From contig OZ244207.1 in the NCBI GenBank assembly GCA_965216875.1, positions 7,104,001 through 7,168,000 of the forward strand: a stretch of DNA of 64,000 bases, given 5' to 3'. The position numbers were made by a program, and so were the translations under genes. Shown piece after piece: positions 9,890 to 19,810 of the stretch (position 1 is the first letter of the stretch; each line of letters starts with the position of its first letter). Origin of the DNA: Rubripirellula sp. Lineage in GTDB: Bacteria; Planctomycetota; Planctomycetia; Pirellulales; Pirellulaceae. The notes under the pieces are model-generated. The model saw only the letters and a program-made list of their open reading frames with translations, was not told the origin of the DNA and did not search any database.

Positions 9890-11599
9890 GTGGCTGACGA
9901 GCAACCGCCAACCCTTCAACAGAAACTTGCCGCCAAGCTTCGCTTTTCCATTGCGACGTGGGCATCGATCGTCGTCGGCGCGACACTCCTTGCGCTTTTG
10001 TTGGTGACGTGGGGACTGTATTCACTTGATGCGTCGCGCGTGGCGTGGGGCATCTACATGACCCCAACACGCGCGATCAGTCTGTTCCTACTCTGGTCGG
10101 CAGCGATCGGCGTGACTTATGTGACCGTTCGCGTATGGATGCACGACGTGCCACTGTCGGATCATCGCATCAGCAGCGGTTGGAACGCTGGCACCGATGT
10201 GTTGGCCAAGCACGGTGTCTCGATCACCGACCTGCCCTGCTTTGTCGTCCTGGGGTGTCCGTCGCGTTTTGAGCAGGACTTGCTTGTAGGTCAGCGCGGT
10301 TACAGTCCAGTGCATGACACGACCGAAGCGACACCGGCAATCGATTGGCATCTGACCAAGGAATACGTGCTGCTGTTTTGCCGCGATGTTGGCGTTTATG
10401 GACGCCTGCTTCAGCAGTCGGAGGCGTTGCTCCAGCAAACTGCCACGCAAGATCCGTCGGTGACATCAAGGCAATCAGACGCGGTTGCGGCGACACCAGT
10501 CGTCAACAACATCGGCGCGGAACAACCGGCGGGCGGTTCGGAGAGCCTTCGCGCCGTCGAGAGCGCCGGTGCACCCGACGCCGAGAATCAGCAGACAGAG
10601 ACAGCGCTACAGCCCGAAACCGCAGTGGCGACGGAAACGGCAATCGAACCTGCCGCGGAAGGTTCGCCAGAGGGTGAACCGGCCCCACAACCCGACGCGA
10701 CAAGCGAACTGCTGCGATCAATCGACCGGGCAAGTCAGCTGGTCAGCGACGCTCAGCGTGTTGATCACCATTGGAACGATGTCGGCCATCAAGACGGCGA
10801 CTTTGACCCCTCACTACTTTCGTCGGCTGAGACGGCCGAGTCCCAGGAACAGCTCGCACAGCTTTGCAATCGATTGCGAAGTCAACGATTTCCCAACTGT
10901 GCCATCAACGGCACGCTGGTGATGGTTGATTCGCGGTACTTGAGCCTGTCGGACAAAATGGCTCGCAACATGGGACATGCGATTCGCGATGACTTGCAAA
11001 TGCTAAGCAGTCAACTTGGCGCATCGAGTCCCGTGACCATGGTCGTTTGCGAAACCGAATCGGAAGCGGACTACGCCGAGTTGTTTCGCCGGACGGCACT
11101 CCAGCCAAACAACACGGATGACCCGTTGTTGGGGCAAGTGTTCGATCCCGAGACGACGCCCGACGCGCCGCAGTTGAGTACCCTTGCTGATCAGACGATC
11201 CAGCAATTGCAGAGCAAGATTCAAACACTCTTTCGAGTTCCGGGGACACTCGCCCAGCCGCGCAACCATCACCTCGTTCGGTTGTTGATTCGCGGTCGCA
11301 AGTGGCGTCAATCACTGCGTACGGTGATCGTCGAAAGTTGCAGCGACGATGACTCGAGTGATGACGGCCGATCGATCGTCAGTGGTCTGTTTATTGCAGC
11401 CCTGGGACGTTCGCCCATGGTCCGCCCGCATCTCGACGCGGTTTTCAAACGCATGCTGGCTCAACAGCATTTTGTCGGCTGGACACCGGCAGCACTGGCA
11501 CAGGAAAAGATGAGTCGCCGAGTCGTCACGACACTAATGGCGACCACCCTCATGCTTGTGATCGTGTTGTTGATCCAGTTGCTGTTGATTGCGTTTTAG
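9890..11599 (+). CDS. tssM: TssM/IcmF-like protein reduced to its TM and cytoplasmic ImcF_N part
   Basis: Two N-terminal TMs; LPCFVVLG (cf. LPWYxxIG); DWHLTKEYVLL (cf. DWWFTxxAVLID); RFPNCAINGTLV (cf. RPxxPINGV); LSSQLGASSPVTMVV; ends in a TM helix; lies directly after tssL. Confidence 0.7.
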   Translation: MADEQPPTLQQKLAAKLRFSIATWASIVVGATLLALLLVTWGLYSLDASRVAWGIYMTPTRAISLFLLWSAAIGVTYVTVRVWMHDVPLSDHRISSGWNAGTDVLAKHGVSITDLPCFVVLGCPSRFEQDLLVGQRGYSPVHDTTEATPAIDWHLTKEYVLLFCRDVGVYGRLLQQSEALLQQTATQDPSVTSRQSDAVAATPVVNNIGAEQPAGGSESLRAVESAGAPDAENQQTETALQPETAVATETAIEPAAEGSPEGEPAPQPDATSELLRSIDRASQLVSDAQRVDHHWNDVGHQDGDFDPSLLSSAETAESQEQLAQLCNRLRSQRFPNCAINGTLVMVDSRYLSLSDKMARNMGHAIRDDLQMLSSQLGASSPVTMVVCETESEADYAELFRRTALQPNNTDDPLLGQVFDPETTPDAPQLSTLADQTIQQLQSKIQTLFRVPGTLAQPRNHHLVRLLIRGRKWRQSLRTVIVESCSDDDSSDDGRSIVSGLFIAALGRSPMVRPHLDAVFKRMLAQQHFVGWTPAALAQEKMSRRVVTTLMATTLMLVIVLLIQLLLIAF

Positions 11600-11636
11600 A
11601 GATACCGTTTGTCGCCACAGGCTCGCGGTTTTTGGG

Positions 11637-12170
11637 GTGAGCCGAACGCGCTAGCGTCGGGCCGAACATCCTGAGCCGTTGTTCGTCAGATCCGGGTCTT
11701 TGCACTCGTTCGTAGTACCGCCTTCAGGCGGAAAGCGAGAGGATTCCGCCTGAAGGCGGGACTACGAACGGAGTGTGGTCACGAGGTAGGATCATCAGCC
11801 GAAACGCGATAGCGTGCGGTTTTCATCTCGAAAAAACCGCGAGCTATCGCTCAACGGCTGATGTTGCTGTGGGGACGTGTGAGCCGCGATCGCGTAAGCG
11901 GCCGGGCCTTTCGCTCGACCGCATGAATGCTAACGCTCGTCATGCGGAGCATGACCTACAAAGGGGACGCGGAGCGTCCGGAGAGTATGTGACCACGCGG
12001 AGCGTGGTCACGAGGGGAGGTGGGTTGTTTCGGAGTGCTCTCAGCCCTCCCCGCTCGTTCCTCGCGACCCTCCCGGAGGGAGGGTGTTATTGGGCGAGTC
12101 CCTTCGGCAACCCCCTCCTTTTCAAGGAGTGGGGAGCATTCCGCGCGTGGTCACGTGGGCGGAGCCACGA
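11637..12170. repeat. Mosaic of at least six REP-like palindrome families between tssM and tssA
   Basis: Family A at 11637-11663; inverted pair 11707-11733/11744-11770; CATCAGCCG...CGGCTGATG at 11793-11863; GTGAGCCGCGATCGCGTAAGCGGCC at about 11879; GTCATGCGGAGCATGACCTAC at about 11938; GTGACCACGCGGAGCGTGGTCAC at about 11989; CCCTCCCGGAGGGAGGG at about 12068. Confidence 0.8.
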
Positions 12171-12301
12171 CGCTGTAATTCTTGAAAGATTTCGGGGAAA
12201 GTCGGCAACTAGATTTAGCCGTCGAATCACAAAAGTCGATCCAACGGTTAAGGCTGTGCAAATCGGCGCAGTCGATAACGCGTGAAACTCGATTCCCCTT
12301 C

Positions 12302-13369
12302 ATGGCTACGACGGAAACCACAATCGATCGTTTGCGATCGCCGGTTGCTTCCGATTCGCCTGCTGGAGCGAACCTGGAATACGATCCAAGGTTCGTTGAA
12401 ATGCAGCGGTTGGCCGAGGGTACGCGCGAACAACAATACGGCGAAACCATCGTACCGGCTCAACCGCCTGATTGGCGGACGATTGCCGAACTTGCAGAAC
12501 AGATCAGTGCTGAAACACGCGACCTGCGCGTCGCGACGGCGTTGATCGAATCAAAGTCGGCGACGGACGGATTGCCGGGTCTAGCCGAGGGGATGGATGT
12601 CCTCAAGCACTGGGTGTGTGACTACTGGGATAGTCTCCATCCTGAGCTCGACGAGGAAGATGGCCGCGATCCATTCGTTCGCATCAACGCACTGAATCAG
12701 CTTTGCCAGCCTGAGCGACTGCCAACCATCATCAACCAAATGACGCTTGTCGAAGCGCCACCGCACACGACCGTGTTGATGGAAGACGCGCTTTGCAACT
12801 TGGGCGATGCCAAACCTTCCACCGATGTCGAGCGTCCGACCGCATCGGAAGTCGAAGCCGCACTACTGACATTGACGGTCGAGGAGTTGCGTCAGCGATG
12901 TCAATGCACCGAAACCGCCGAGTCGTCGCTGATCGAGGTCTTGCAGTTCCTTGACGACGCGGCCGGTTCGGGAGCATGGGATGCATCGAACCTGGTCCAA
13001 CAACTCAGCAGTTGCAATGCAATCATGCAAAACCAACTTCATTCGCGATTGGCCGCATCCGATTCGGTCGTTGCGGCGGTCGCCAATGGGTCGACCAATG
13101 ATGGAGCCACGACATCTTGGGAAGATGTCAAAGTGGATCAATCGGTCCGCGACCTGAGCAAGATTCGCGTCGACACACGCGAGCAAGCTGCGGAAGTGCT
13201 CGAAGCCGCCATGAAGTACTTCGAGCGGTATGAACCGTCGAGTCCGGTGCCATTGTTGTTGCGCCGAGCGAAGCGATTGATCAACCAAGACTTTGTCGAC
13301 ATCCTGCGTGATCTAGCGCCGGATGCTTTGATTCAAGCAAAAAACCTGGCGGGAGAAATCGAATCGTAG
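12302..13369 (+). CDS. tssA: T6SS TssA (ImpA N-terminal domain)
   Basis: SPAGANLEYDPRF, TRDLRVA, YWDSLHPELD...RINAL, and C-terminal YFERYEPSSPVPLLLRRAKRL. Confidence 0.9.
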   Translation: MATTETTIDRLRSPVASDSPAGANLEYDPRFVEMQRLAEGTREQQYGETIVPAQPPDWRTIAELAEQISAETRDLRVATALIESKSATDGLPGLAEGMDVLKHWVCDYWDSLHPELDEEDGRDPFVRINALNQLCQPERLPTIINQMTLVEAPPHTTVLMEDALCNLGDAKPSTDVERPTASEVEAALLTLTVEELRQRCQCTETAESSLIEVLQFLDDAAGSGAWDASNLVQQLSSCNAIMQNQLHSRLAASDSVVAAVANGSTNDGATTSWEDVKVDQSVRDLSKIRVDTREQAAEVLEAAMKYFERYEPSSPVPLLLRRAKRLINQDFVDILRDLAPDALIQAKNLAGEIES

Positions 13370-13427
13370 GTCCGACCGACACGCACGATTTGTTCGCCAG
13401 AAAACGTCACTGAAGAAAGGTAGATAG

Positions 13428-13952
13428 ATGTCCGAGAGCAGCCAGAAATTCATCGCACGCAATCGGCCGCCACGCGTCCAGATTGAATACGACGTTGAAA
13501 CGTACGGTGCCGAAAAGAAGGTGCAACTTCCATTTGTGATGGGCGTGTTGGCTGACCTTTCGGGCAATCCCGCCGAGCCGCTCGAGGATGTCGCTGATCG
13601 CAAGTTCTTGGAAACGGATATCGACAACTTTGACGATCGCATGAAGTCGATGAAGCCGCGAGCGTCGTTTCGCGTGAAAAACACGTTGACTGGCGAAGGC
13701 GAGCTCGGTGTCGACTTGACCTTTGAATCGATGGACGACTTTTCGCCCGGCCGCGTGGCACAACGCGTCGAAGTGCTCGAAAAGCTGCTCAACGCTCGGA
13801 CTCACCTTTCGCAGTTGGCAACCTACATGGATGGCAAAACGGGCGCCGAGGAATTGGTCGCGCGCTTGATTAGCGATCCCGATCTGTTGAAAGAGCTCGC
13901 GGAAAAGCCACTCGACGTCGGGTCGGATGATTCGGAAGCCGAAGCCGCCTAG
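13428..13952 (+). CDS. tssB: T6SS contractile sheath small subunit TssB
   Basis: SSQKFIARNRPPRVQIEYDVETYGAEKKVQLPFVMGVLADLSG and FESMDDFSP; strong RBS. Confidence 0.97.
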   Translation: MSESSQKFIARNRPPRVQIEYDVETYGAEKKVQLPFVMGVLADLSGNPAEPLEDVADRKFLETDIDNFDDRMKSMKPRASFRVKNTLTGEGELGVDLTFESMDDFSPGRVAQRVEVLEKLLNARTHLSQLATYMDGKTGAEELVARLISDPDLLKELAEKPLDVGSDDSEAEAA

Positions 13953-14034
13953 CCGGCGCGACTCGGACACGAGACGAACACACTTAGCCAACACAAAATA
14001 GCAAGACAATCACCTACCAATCGGGGACTCAAGG

Positions 14035-15534
14035 ATGAGTGATACCAAAGCCGAATCGAACACGGACGCAGAACCACAGGCTGCCGTGACGCTGGATAAT
14101 CTCGCCGAGATGATCGAGGCTGAGTTCCGTCCACGCAGCAGCGAAGCAACAAATGCGGTCGCCACTGCGGTCAACACGCTCGCCGAGCAGCTTGTGACCA
14201 GCGAGATGGTTGTCAACGAAGACGCCATCAAGACCATCGAAGCTTTGGTCGCTGAGATTGATCGCAAGATCGGCGAGCAAATGAACGAGATCTTGCATCA
14301 CGACGAGTTCCAGAAACTCGAAGGTGCCTGGCGCGGTCTGTCGCACTTGGTCAACAACACCGAGACCGACGAGATGTTGAAGATTCGTGTCTTGAATATC
14401 TCGAAAAAGGACCTGCACAAGACGCTCAAGAAGTTCAAAGGCACGGCTTGGGATCAAAGCCCCATCTTCAAGAAACTTTACGAAGAAGAGTACGGCCAAT
14501 TTGGTGGCGAGCCCTATGGCGCACTCATTGGCGACTACTACTTTGACCACACGCCAGTGGATGTTGAATTGTTGGGCGAAATCGCGAAGGTCGCCGCGGC
14601 GGCTCACGCGCCTTTCATCGCCTCAGCCGGTCCTTCGCTGATGCACATGGAATCATGGCAAGAATTGAGCAATCCGCGCGACTTGACCAAGATCTTCCAA
14701 ACCGCCGAGTACGCGTCGTGGCGTTCGCTGCGTGATGACGAAGATTCGCGTTACGTCGGTTTGGCCATGCCACGTTTCTTGGCACGGCAACCTTATGGTG
14801 CATCGAGCAATCCCGTTGAAGAGTTTGCTTTTGAAGAGGACACCGCAGGTCCGGATCACAGTCGCTACGTTTGGTCCAACTCGGCCTACGCGTTTGCGGT
14901 CAACGTGAATCGCTCGTTCAAACTGCACGGTTGGTGCTCGCGCATTCGCGGCATCGAATCGGGCGGTTCGGTCGAAAAACTGCCTGTGCATGTCTTCCCC
15001 ACCGACGATGGTGGCGTCGACATGAAGTGTCCGACCGAGATCGCAATTAGCGACCGTCGCGAAGCGGAATTGGCCAAGAACGGCCTGATGCCGTTGGTGT
15101 TCCGCAAGAACAGTGACCTTGCGTCGTTCATCGGTGCTCAATCATTGAACAACCCGACGATCTTCGAAGATGACGACGCGTCGGCGAATGCTCAGTTGTC
15201 GGGGCGTTTGCCTTATCTGTTTGCAGTTTGCCGATTTGCTCACTACCTCAAGTGCATCGTTCGCGACAAAGTCGGTTCGTTCAAAGAACGTAACGACATG
15301 CAAATCTGGTTGAACAACTGGATCAGCCAATACGTCGACACGAACCCAGCGACCGCCTCGGAACTCGACAAGGCCCGTCGGCCTCTCGCGGGCGCCGAAG
15401 TGGTGGTTGAAGAGATCCCAGGAAACCCAGGCTACTACAGCGCCAAGTTCTTCCTGCGACCTCACTACCAACTCGAAGGTTTGACCGTTTCGCTTCGCTT
15501 GGTCAGCAAGCTGCCGTCGGCAAAGGCCGCCTAG
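14035..15534 (+). CDS. tssC: T6SS contractile sheath large subunit TssC
   Basis: ILHHDEFQKLEGAWRGL, EYGQFGGEPYG, KCPTEIAISDRREAEL, RFAHYLK, FLRPHYQLEGL. Confidence 0.97.
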   Translation: MSDTKAESNTDAEPQAAVTLDNLAEMIEAEFRPRSSEATNAVATAVNTLAEQLVTSEMVVNEDAIKTIEALVAEIDRKIGEQMNEILHHDEFQKLEGAWRGLSHLVNNTETDEMLKIRVLNISKKDLHKTLKKFKGTAWDQSPIFKKLYEEEYGQFGGEPYGALIGDYYFDHTPVDVELLGEIAKVAAAAHAPFIASAGPSLMHMESWQELSNPRDLTKIFQTAEYASWRSLRDDEDSRYVGLAMPRFLARQPYGASSNPVEEFAFEEDTAGPDHSRYVWSNSAYAFAVNVNRSFKLHGWCSRIRGIESGGSVEKLPVHVFPTDDGGVDMKCPTEIAISDRREAELAKNGLMPLVFRKNSDLASFIGAQSLNNPTIFEDDDASANAQLSGRLPYLFAVCRFAHYLKCIVRDKVGSFKERNDMQIWLNNWISQYVDTNPATASELDKARRPLAGAEVVVEEIPGNPGYYSAKFFLRPHYQLEGLTVSLRLVSKLPSAKAA

Positions 15535-15624
15535 CACCAAGTTCGATTCATAGCGCCGGTCGCCATGGGCCGGCTTTCATGTAAGCCAATCCAATCGAAA
15601 AAACACACCGTACGGAGTTGAACG

Positions 15625-16104
15625 ATGATCTTGTTGAAATTCAAAAAGGAAATCAAAGGTGACGCAAGTGCCTCTGGTTTTGAGGGTCAAATTAAGCTCA
15701 TGTCGGCTTCGTTTACCGCATCGCGAATGGTTTCGGTTGCCGCCGGCAGCGAGGCGCGTGAGACGGGAACACCTGTGTTTTCGGAAGTGACGTGTGCGAA
15801 GGATTTTGACATCGCATCGACCGAGCTTTTCATGCAGAGCGTCTCGGGTGCAAGTTTGGAAGAGGCGACCTTGACCTACTTGCAAACCGACACGGAAGGA
15901 AACCCACAGGTCTTCTTGGAAGTCACGCTGACCGACCCGATCGTTACGAGCTACTCACACAGCGGGTCGGCGAATGACAAGCCGGGCGAGACGTTCACTT
16001 TGAACTTCACGCAAATCAAACTGGCTTACACCCAGTACACTGGCGAAAAAGCAACCTCGGCATCGCCGAAGGGTTGGAACCTGCTTAGTGCTTCGGCAGC
16101 GTAG
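15625..16104 (+). CDS. hcp: T6SS tube protein Hcp (TssD)
   Basis: IKGDA...GFEGQI, KDFDIASTELF, ETFTLNFTQI and C-terminal GWNL; 159 aa; GGAG RBS; follows tssC. Confidence 0.9.
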   Translation: MILLKFKKEIKGDASASGFEGQIKLMSASFTASRMVSVAAGSEARETGTPVFSEVTCAKDFDIASTELFMQSVSGASLEEATLTYLQTDTEGNPQVFLEVTLTDPIVTSYSHSGSANDKPGETFTLNFTQIKLAYTQYTGEKATSASPKGWNLLSASAA

Positions 16105-16113
16105 TGACGGACG

Positions 16114-16668
16114 ATGGATCGCGATGTGCCTATGGCGCTGGCTGAGTCGTCACTGTTTGATCGGCTGACCACCCGGGATGCCGCCTCGACCGATCATCCT
16201 CCGCGATTTGTGGTGGATGCGGTGAGTGCGTCGCCGGACCAGGGCAGCGCAAAGATCAGCCGACGTGAACGCCTTCGTCAAATGGCAGTCATTCGTGGCC
16301 AGATTCGTCGCGACCTTCTGTTGTTGATGGGGACGCGACGGTTGCCGGTTGACGCCGACGTCCAACGTTGGCCGCAAGTCGAACAAAGCGTGCTGAACTT
16401 TGGTATCCCCGATGTGACCGGCGTGACATCGAGTGGCATCGATCTCAATAAGTTCTCGGCCGAGATTCGGCGCGTCGTGCAAAGGTACGAACCGCGACTG
16501 CATCGCAAATCAGTCGAAGTGACGAGTCGATTGGGCGAGCCCCCGACACGCGACTTGCAAGTCTGTATCGAAGGTTTGTTTGGTCCACCCGACGCCATTG
16601 AATCGTTTCGTCTTGGCGTTTCGATTTGCTTGAACACGGGCCAATGCGTCGCCATGGAACTTTCCTAG
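16114..16668 (+). CDS. tssE: T6SS baseplate TssE (gp25-like); start may be 16132
   Basis: SLFDRL, IRRDLLLL, SVLNFGIPD, VQRYEPRL. Confidence 0.88.
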   Translation: MDRDVPMALAESSLFDRLTTRDAASTDHPPRFVVDAVSASPDQGSAKISRRERLRQMAVIRGQIRRDLLLLMGTRRLPVDADVQRWPQVEQSVLNFGIPDVTGVTSSGIDLNKFSAEIRRVVQRYEPRLHRKSVEVTSRLGEPPTRDLQVCIEGLFGPPDAIESFRLGVSICLNTGQCVAMELS

Positions 16669-16710
16669 GCAGCGAGACAGCCAAAGAAGAGTGCGGAAGA
16701 GACCAATCGC

Positions 16711-18612
16711 ATGGAAGCGCAATTCCTGGATCACTACAACCGAGAACTTAGTTACCTGCGAGAGCTGGGGACGGAGTTCGCCCAGGAATACCCGTCGGTC
16801 GCTGGACGCTTGGGCATGGGCGAGTTCGCTTGTGCCGATCCCTACGTCGAACGGTTACTCGAAGGCTTTGCGTTTCTCGCAGCTCGCGTTCACCGGCGAC
16901 TCGATGCAGAGTTTCCGCAGTTCACACGTGGCCTGCTCGAGTCAATCTACCCGCATTACACGCGGCCGATCCCGTCGGCGGCGATGATTGCAGTGCACCC
17001 CGATCCCGATGAAGGTTCCCTTGCATCGGGGTATCGTTTGCCACGCGGTACTCGCCTGAGTGGACCGACGAGTCAAAGCAGTCCTACACCCTGCCGATTC
17101 GAAACGACCCAGGATATCGACCTTTGGCCCATCCGCATCACGGGGGTTGAACTGGCCGATCGCGAGTCGGCGTATCGTAATCCATTGCCAGACGTGATCG
17201 ATGGCGGCCAAGCCAAGTCGTGTTTGCGTCTTCGGTTGGAGACGACCGCAGGCTTGCAGATGTCGGCGCTCGACCTGGACCGGTTGACATTGCATTTGCG
17301 CGGCGGCGAGGTTGCCGTTGAGCTATTGGAAATGCTCGTTGCCCACGCAACCCAGATTGCCGCTGGCGATCCGGTGTCGGATCAATGGTCACGAGTGAAT
17401 ACTACTGAGTTGACAGCGGGTGGCTTTGCATCGGACGAGGCGCTTTTGCCGGACGAGCCGCGTTCCTTTAGCGGGTATCGTCTTCTGCAAGAGTACTTTT
17501 TGCTTCCCGAAAAGTTCTTGTTCGTTCATTTGGGTGGGCTTGGTCCGGCCATCAAACGCACAAGCGACAAGCAATTCGAAATTGTGATTGGCCTCGATGC
17601 GCCGGCTCGAGACCTGGTGGGACGCGTGAGTGCGGATCACTTTGCCTTGCATTGTGTGCCGGCGGTCAACTTGTTCAAGCGTCGTGCGGATCGTGTCCAA
17701 ATATCGGATGCATCGCACGAGCATCACCTTGTGGTCGACCGCAGTCGCCCAATGGATTTCGAGATCTGGTCGGTCGAGGAGTTGGCAGGGCACGGGCAAA
17801 CGCCACAGCAGGAAATCGAGTTCCTGCCGCTCTACGCAACGCCAGCGAAGACGGCGGCGCGGCGTCAGCAGTCGACCTTCTTCACGATTGATCGTCGGCC
17901 GCGACAGCCTTCGGCGAATCAACGCGAATACGGTCATCGTTCCAATTACCTAGGCAGCGAAGTCTTTGTCACGCTCACCGACTCGCGCCAGCAACCGGCG
18001 CGGCATTTGATCCGGCAACTCTCATCGACGGTGTATTGCACCAATCGCGATCTGCCGTTGATCGCACCGGCATCAGGTTGGCGCGACGCATTCAAGCTCG
18101 ATGGTCCTGGACCGGTTGCGGCGCTGGAGTGTTTGAGCGGGCCAACTGTTCCGCGCGCACCGCTGACCACCGACGATGGCGAAACCTGCTGGCGGATTGT
18201 GAACCATCTCAACGCGAACCTGTTGTCGCTTGCTTCGCCGACGCACAACGGCGAATCGCATGATCCATCGGCGACCGCGTTGCTGCGCGAGATGCTTTAC
18301 CTCTATTGCCCCACTGACTTGCCGGCAACGAGTCGTCAAGTCGACGGGATTCTATCGCTGCGTCACGAGCATGTGACGAGACAGTTGCCGTTCGACGGAC
18401 CGATCGTCCATGGTCGCGGCGTTCACGTGAACATCGAATTTGACGAACTCGCCTTTGAAGGTAGCGGCGTCTTTTTGTTGGGCAGCGTGTTGGACCAGTT
18501 CATGTCGCGGTTTGTCAACTTGAATGGCTTCACACAGACCTCGATCCGTACGCCAGTTCGTGGGCCGGTTCACCGCTGGCCCGTGCGTGTCGGCCAAGGC
18601 CAATTGATTTAA
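16711..18612 (+). CDS. tssF: T6SS baseplate TssF
   Basis: YNRELSYLRELGTEFA, DPYVERLLEGFAFLAARV, GYRLLQEYF, CTNRDLP, GVFLLGSVL. Confidence 0.96.
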   Translation: MEAQFLDHYNRELSYLRELGTEFAQEYPSVAGRLGMGEFACADPYVERLLEGFAFLAARVHRRLDAEFPQFTRGLLESIYPHYTRPIPSAAMIAVHPDPDEGSLASGYRLPRGTRLSGPTSQSSPTPCRFETTQDIDLWPIRITGVELADRESAYRNPLPDVIDGGQAKSCLRLRLETTAGLQMSALDLDRLTLHLRGGEVAVELLEMLVAHATQIAAGDPVSDQWSRVNTTELTAGGFASDEALLPDEPRSFSGYRLLQEYFLLPEKFLFVHLGGLGPAIKRTSDKQFEIVIGLDAPARDLVGRVSADHFALHCVPAVNLFKRRADRVQISDASHEHHLVVDRSRPMDFEIWSVEELAGHGQTPQQEIEFLPLYATPAKTAARRQQSTFFTIDRRPRQPSANQREYGHRSNYLGSEVFVTLTDSRQQPARHLIRQLSSTVYCTNRDLPLIAPASGWRDAFKLDGPGPVAALECLSGPTVPRAPLTTDDGETCWRIVNHLNANLLSLASPTHNGESHDPSATALLREMLYLYCPTDLPATSRQVDGILSLRHEHVTRQLPFDGPIVHGRGVHVNIEFDELAFEGSGVFLLGSVLDQFMSRFVNLNGFTQTSIRTPVRGPVHRWPVRVGQGQLI

Positions 18613-18753
18613 ACCGCAAATTGAAAGCACCGTTTTAGCAAAGCAGTTACGAATCACCCTCCTGCTTGCGGGAGGTTTGGACGCAAAGTCTGGCGAGGGC
18701 GCGAATTGTGCTCATCCGCGCAGTGTCGATGCCTGGCCCGAGAGAAACATGAG

Positions 18754-19803
18754 ATGAATCCGACCGCACCAAGCCAACAAGACCGTGTCGACTGGAATCA
18801 TCAGGTTGCGGTTGAGATGAATCAGCTTGCCAACCAGTTCGACTTCTTTCAAGCGATTCGCCGAGTCGAGACGTTGTCGCAAGAGTTGCCCCGTGTTGGG
18901 CATGCGCAACAAGCCAACCAGGAAGCAGTGCGAATCAAGCAGTCGCCGGCAGTCGATTTCGCACCCTCGACGATCGATGAAATCGAACCCGATTCGTCGG
19001 GCCGCGTCGTCTTGAAACAACGCTTTTTTGGTTTGCTAGGTCCCAGCGGCCCCATGCCGTTGCACGTCACCGAACAAGTTCGCAATCAAACTCGCCACGA
19101 AGATGATGCAACGATCGAACAGTTCTTGAACCTGTTCCATCATCGAATGGGAACCCTTTTCTATCGTGCCTGGAGCAGCAGTCGGGGGGCGGTCCAGCGT
19201 GATCGGCCCGACCAGGATCGCTTTGCAGACTACTTGGCTGCGCTCTCCGGTGTGATGGCGAATCAGGACGCGGCGGAGACACCACCCACGTCGGCGGTCA
19301 CCATTCAAAACCGCTGGCACTTTACCGGACGGTTCGCTTCGTCGCACCGTAACGCCGAAGGCTTGCAAGCGGTGGTGTCATCCGTTGTGGACGCAAAGAC
19401 CCAGGTCTACAGTTTCGTGCTTCGCCAATTGCGTTTGCAAGAAGAGGATCGGACACGGTTGACCAAGCAGCCAACGGCCGCCGGTCGCGGCGGACGTCTC
19501 GGCCGTAGCGTTGTGCTCGGCCGGAGTGTTGCCGATCGTCGGTCAACGATTGGGTTGTGCATTGGGCCGGTCAAGTTCCAACTCTTCCGCGCGCTCCTTC
19601 CTGGCGGGCAGTTGCACGATTCGATTCGCAAGTTGATTCGAAGTTACATCGACCCTTCGCTTGCGTGTCAGGTACGGTTGATCCTTGACCGCACCAGTGT
19701 GCCGCGGATGTCGCTTGGACGCGAAGGGGCACTTGGGCAAAACGCTTGGATGTTCAGCTCCGCACCACGCACCGACCTTGGTGATTGCCAATACATGATC
19801 TGA
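18754..19803 (+). CDS. tssG: T6SS baseplate TssG
   Basis: FDFFQAIRRVE, FFGLLGPSGPMPLHVTE, FLNLFHHR...FYRAW; ATG at 18754 preferred over TTG at 18706. Confidence 0.93.
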   Translation: MNPTAPSQQDRVDWNHQVAVEMNQLANQFDFFQAIRRVETLSQELPRVGHAQQANQEAVRIKQSPAVDFAPSTIDEIEPDSSGRVVLKQRFFGLLGPSGPMPLHVTEQVRNQTRHEDDATIEQFLNLFHHRMGTLFYRAWSSSRGAVQRDRPDQDRFADYLAALSGVMANQDAAETPPTSAVTIQNRWHFTGRFASSHRNAEGLQAVVSSVVDAKTQVYSFVLRQLRLQEEDRTRLTKQPTAAGRGGRLGRSVVLGRSVADRRSTIGLCIGPVKFQLFRALLPGGQLHDSIRKLIRSYIDPSLACQVRLILDRTSVPRMSLGREGALGQNAWMFSSAPRTDLGDCQYMI

Positions 19804-19810
19804 GGTTCCG

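Noticed and set aside
11773..12285. 170-aa ORF as a possible split-off tssM C-terminus or tssJ
   Set aside because: Runs through palindromic repeats; no lipobox or IcmF-like sequence
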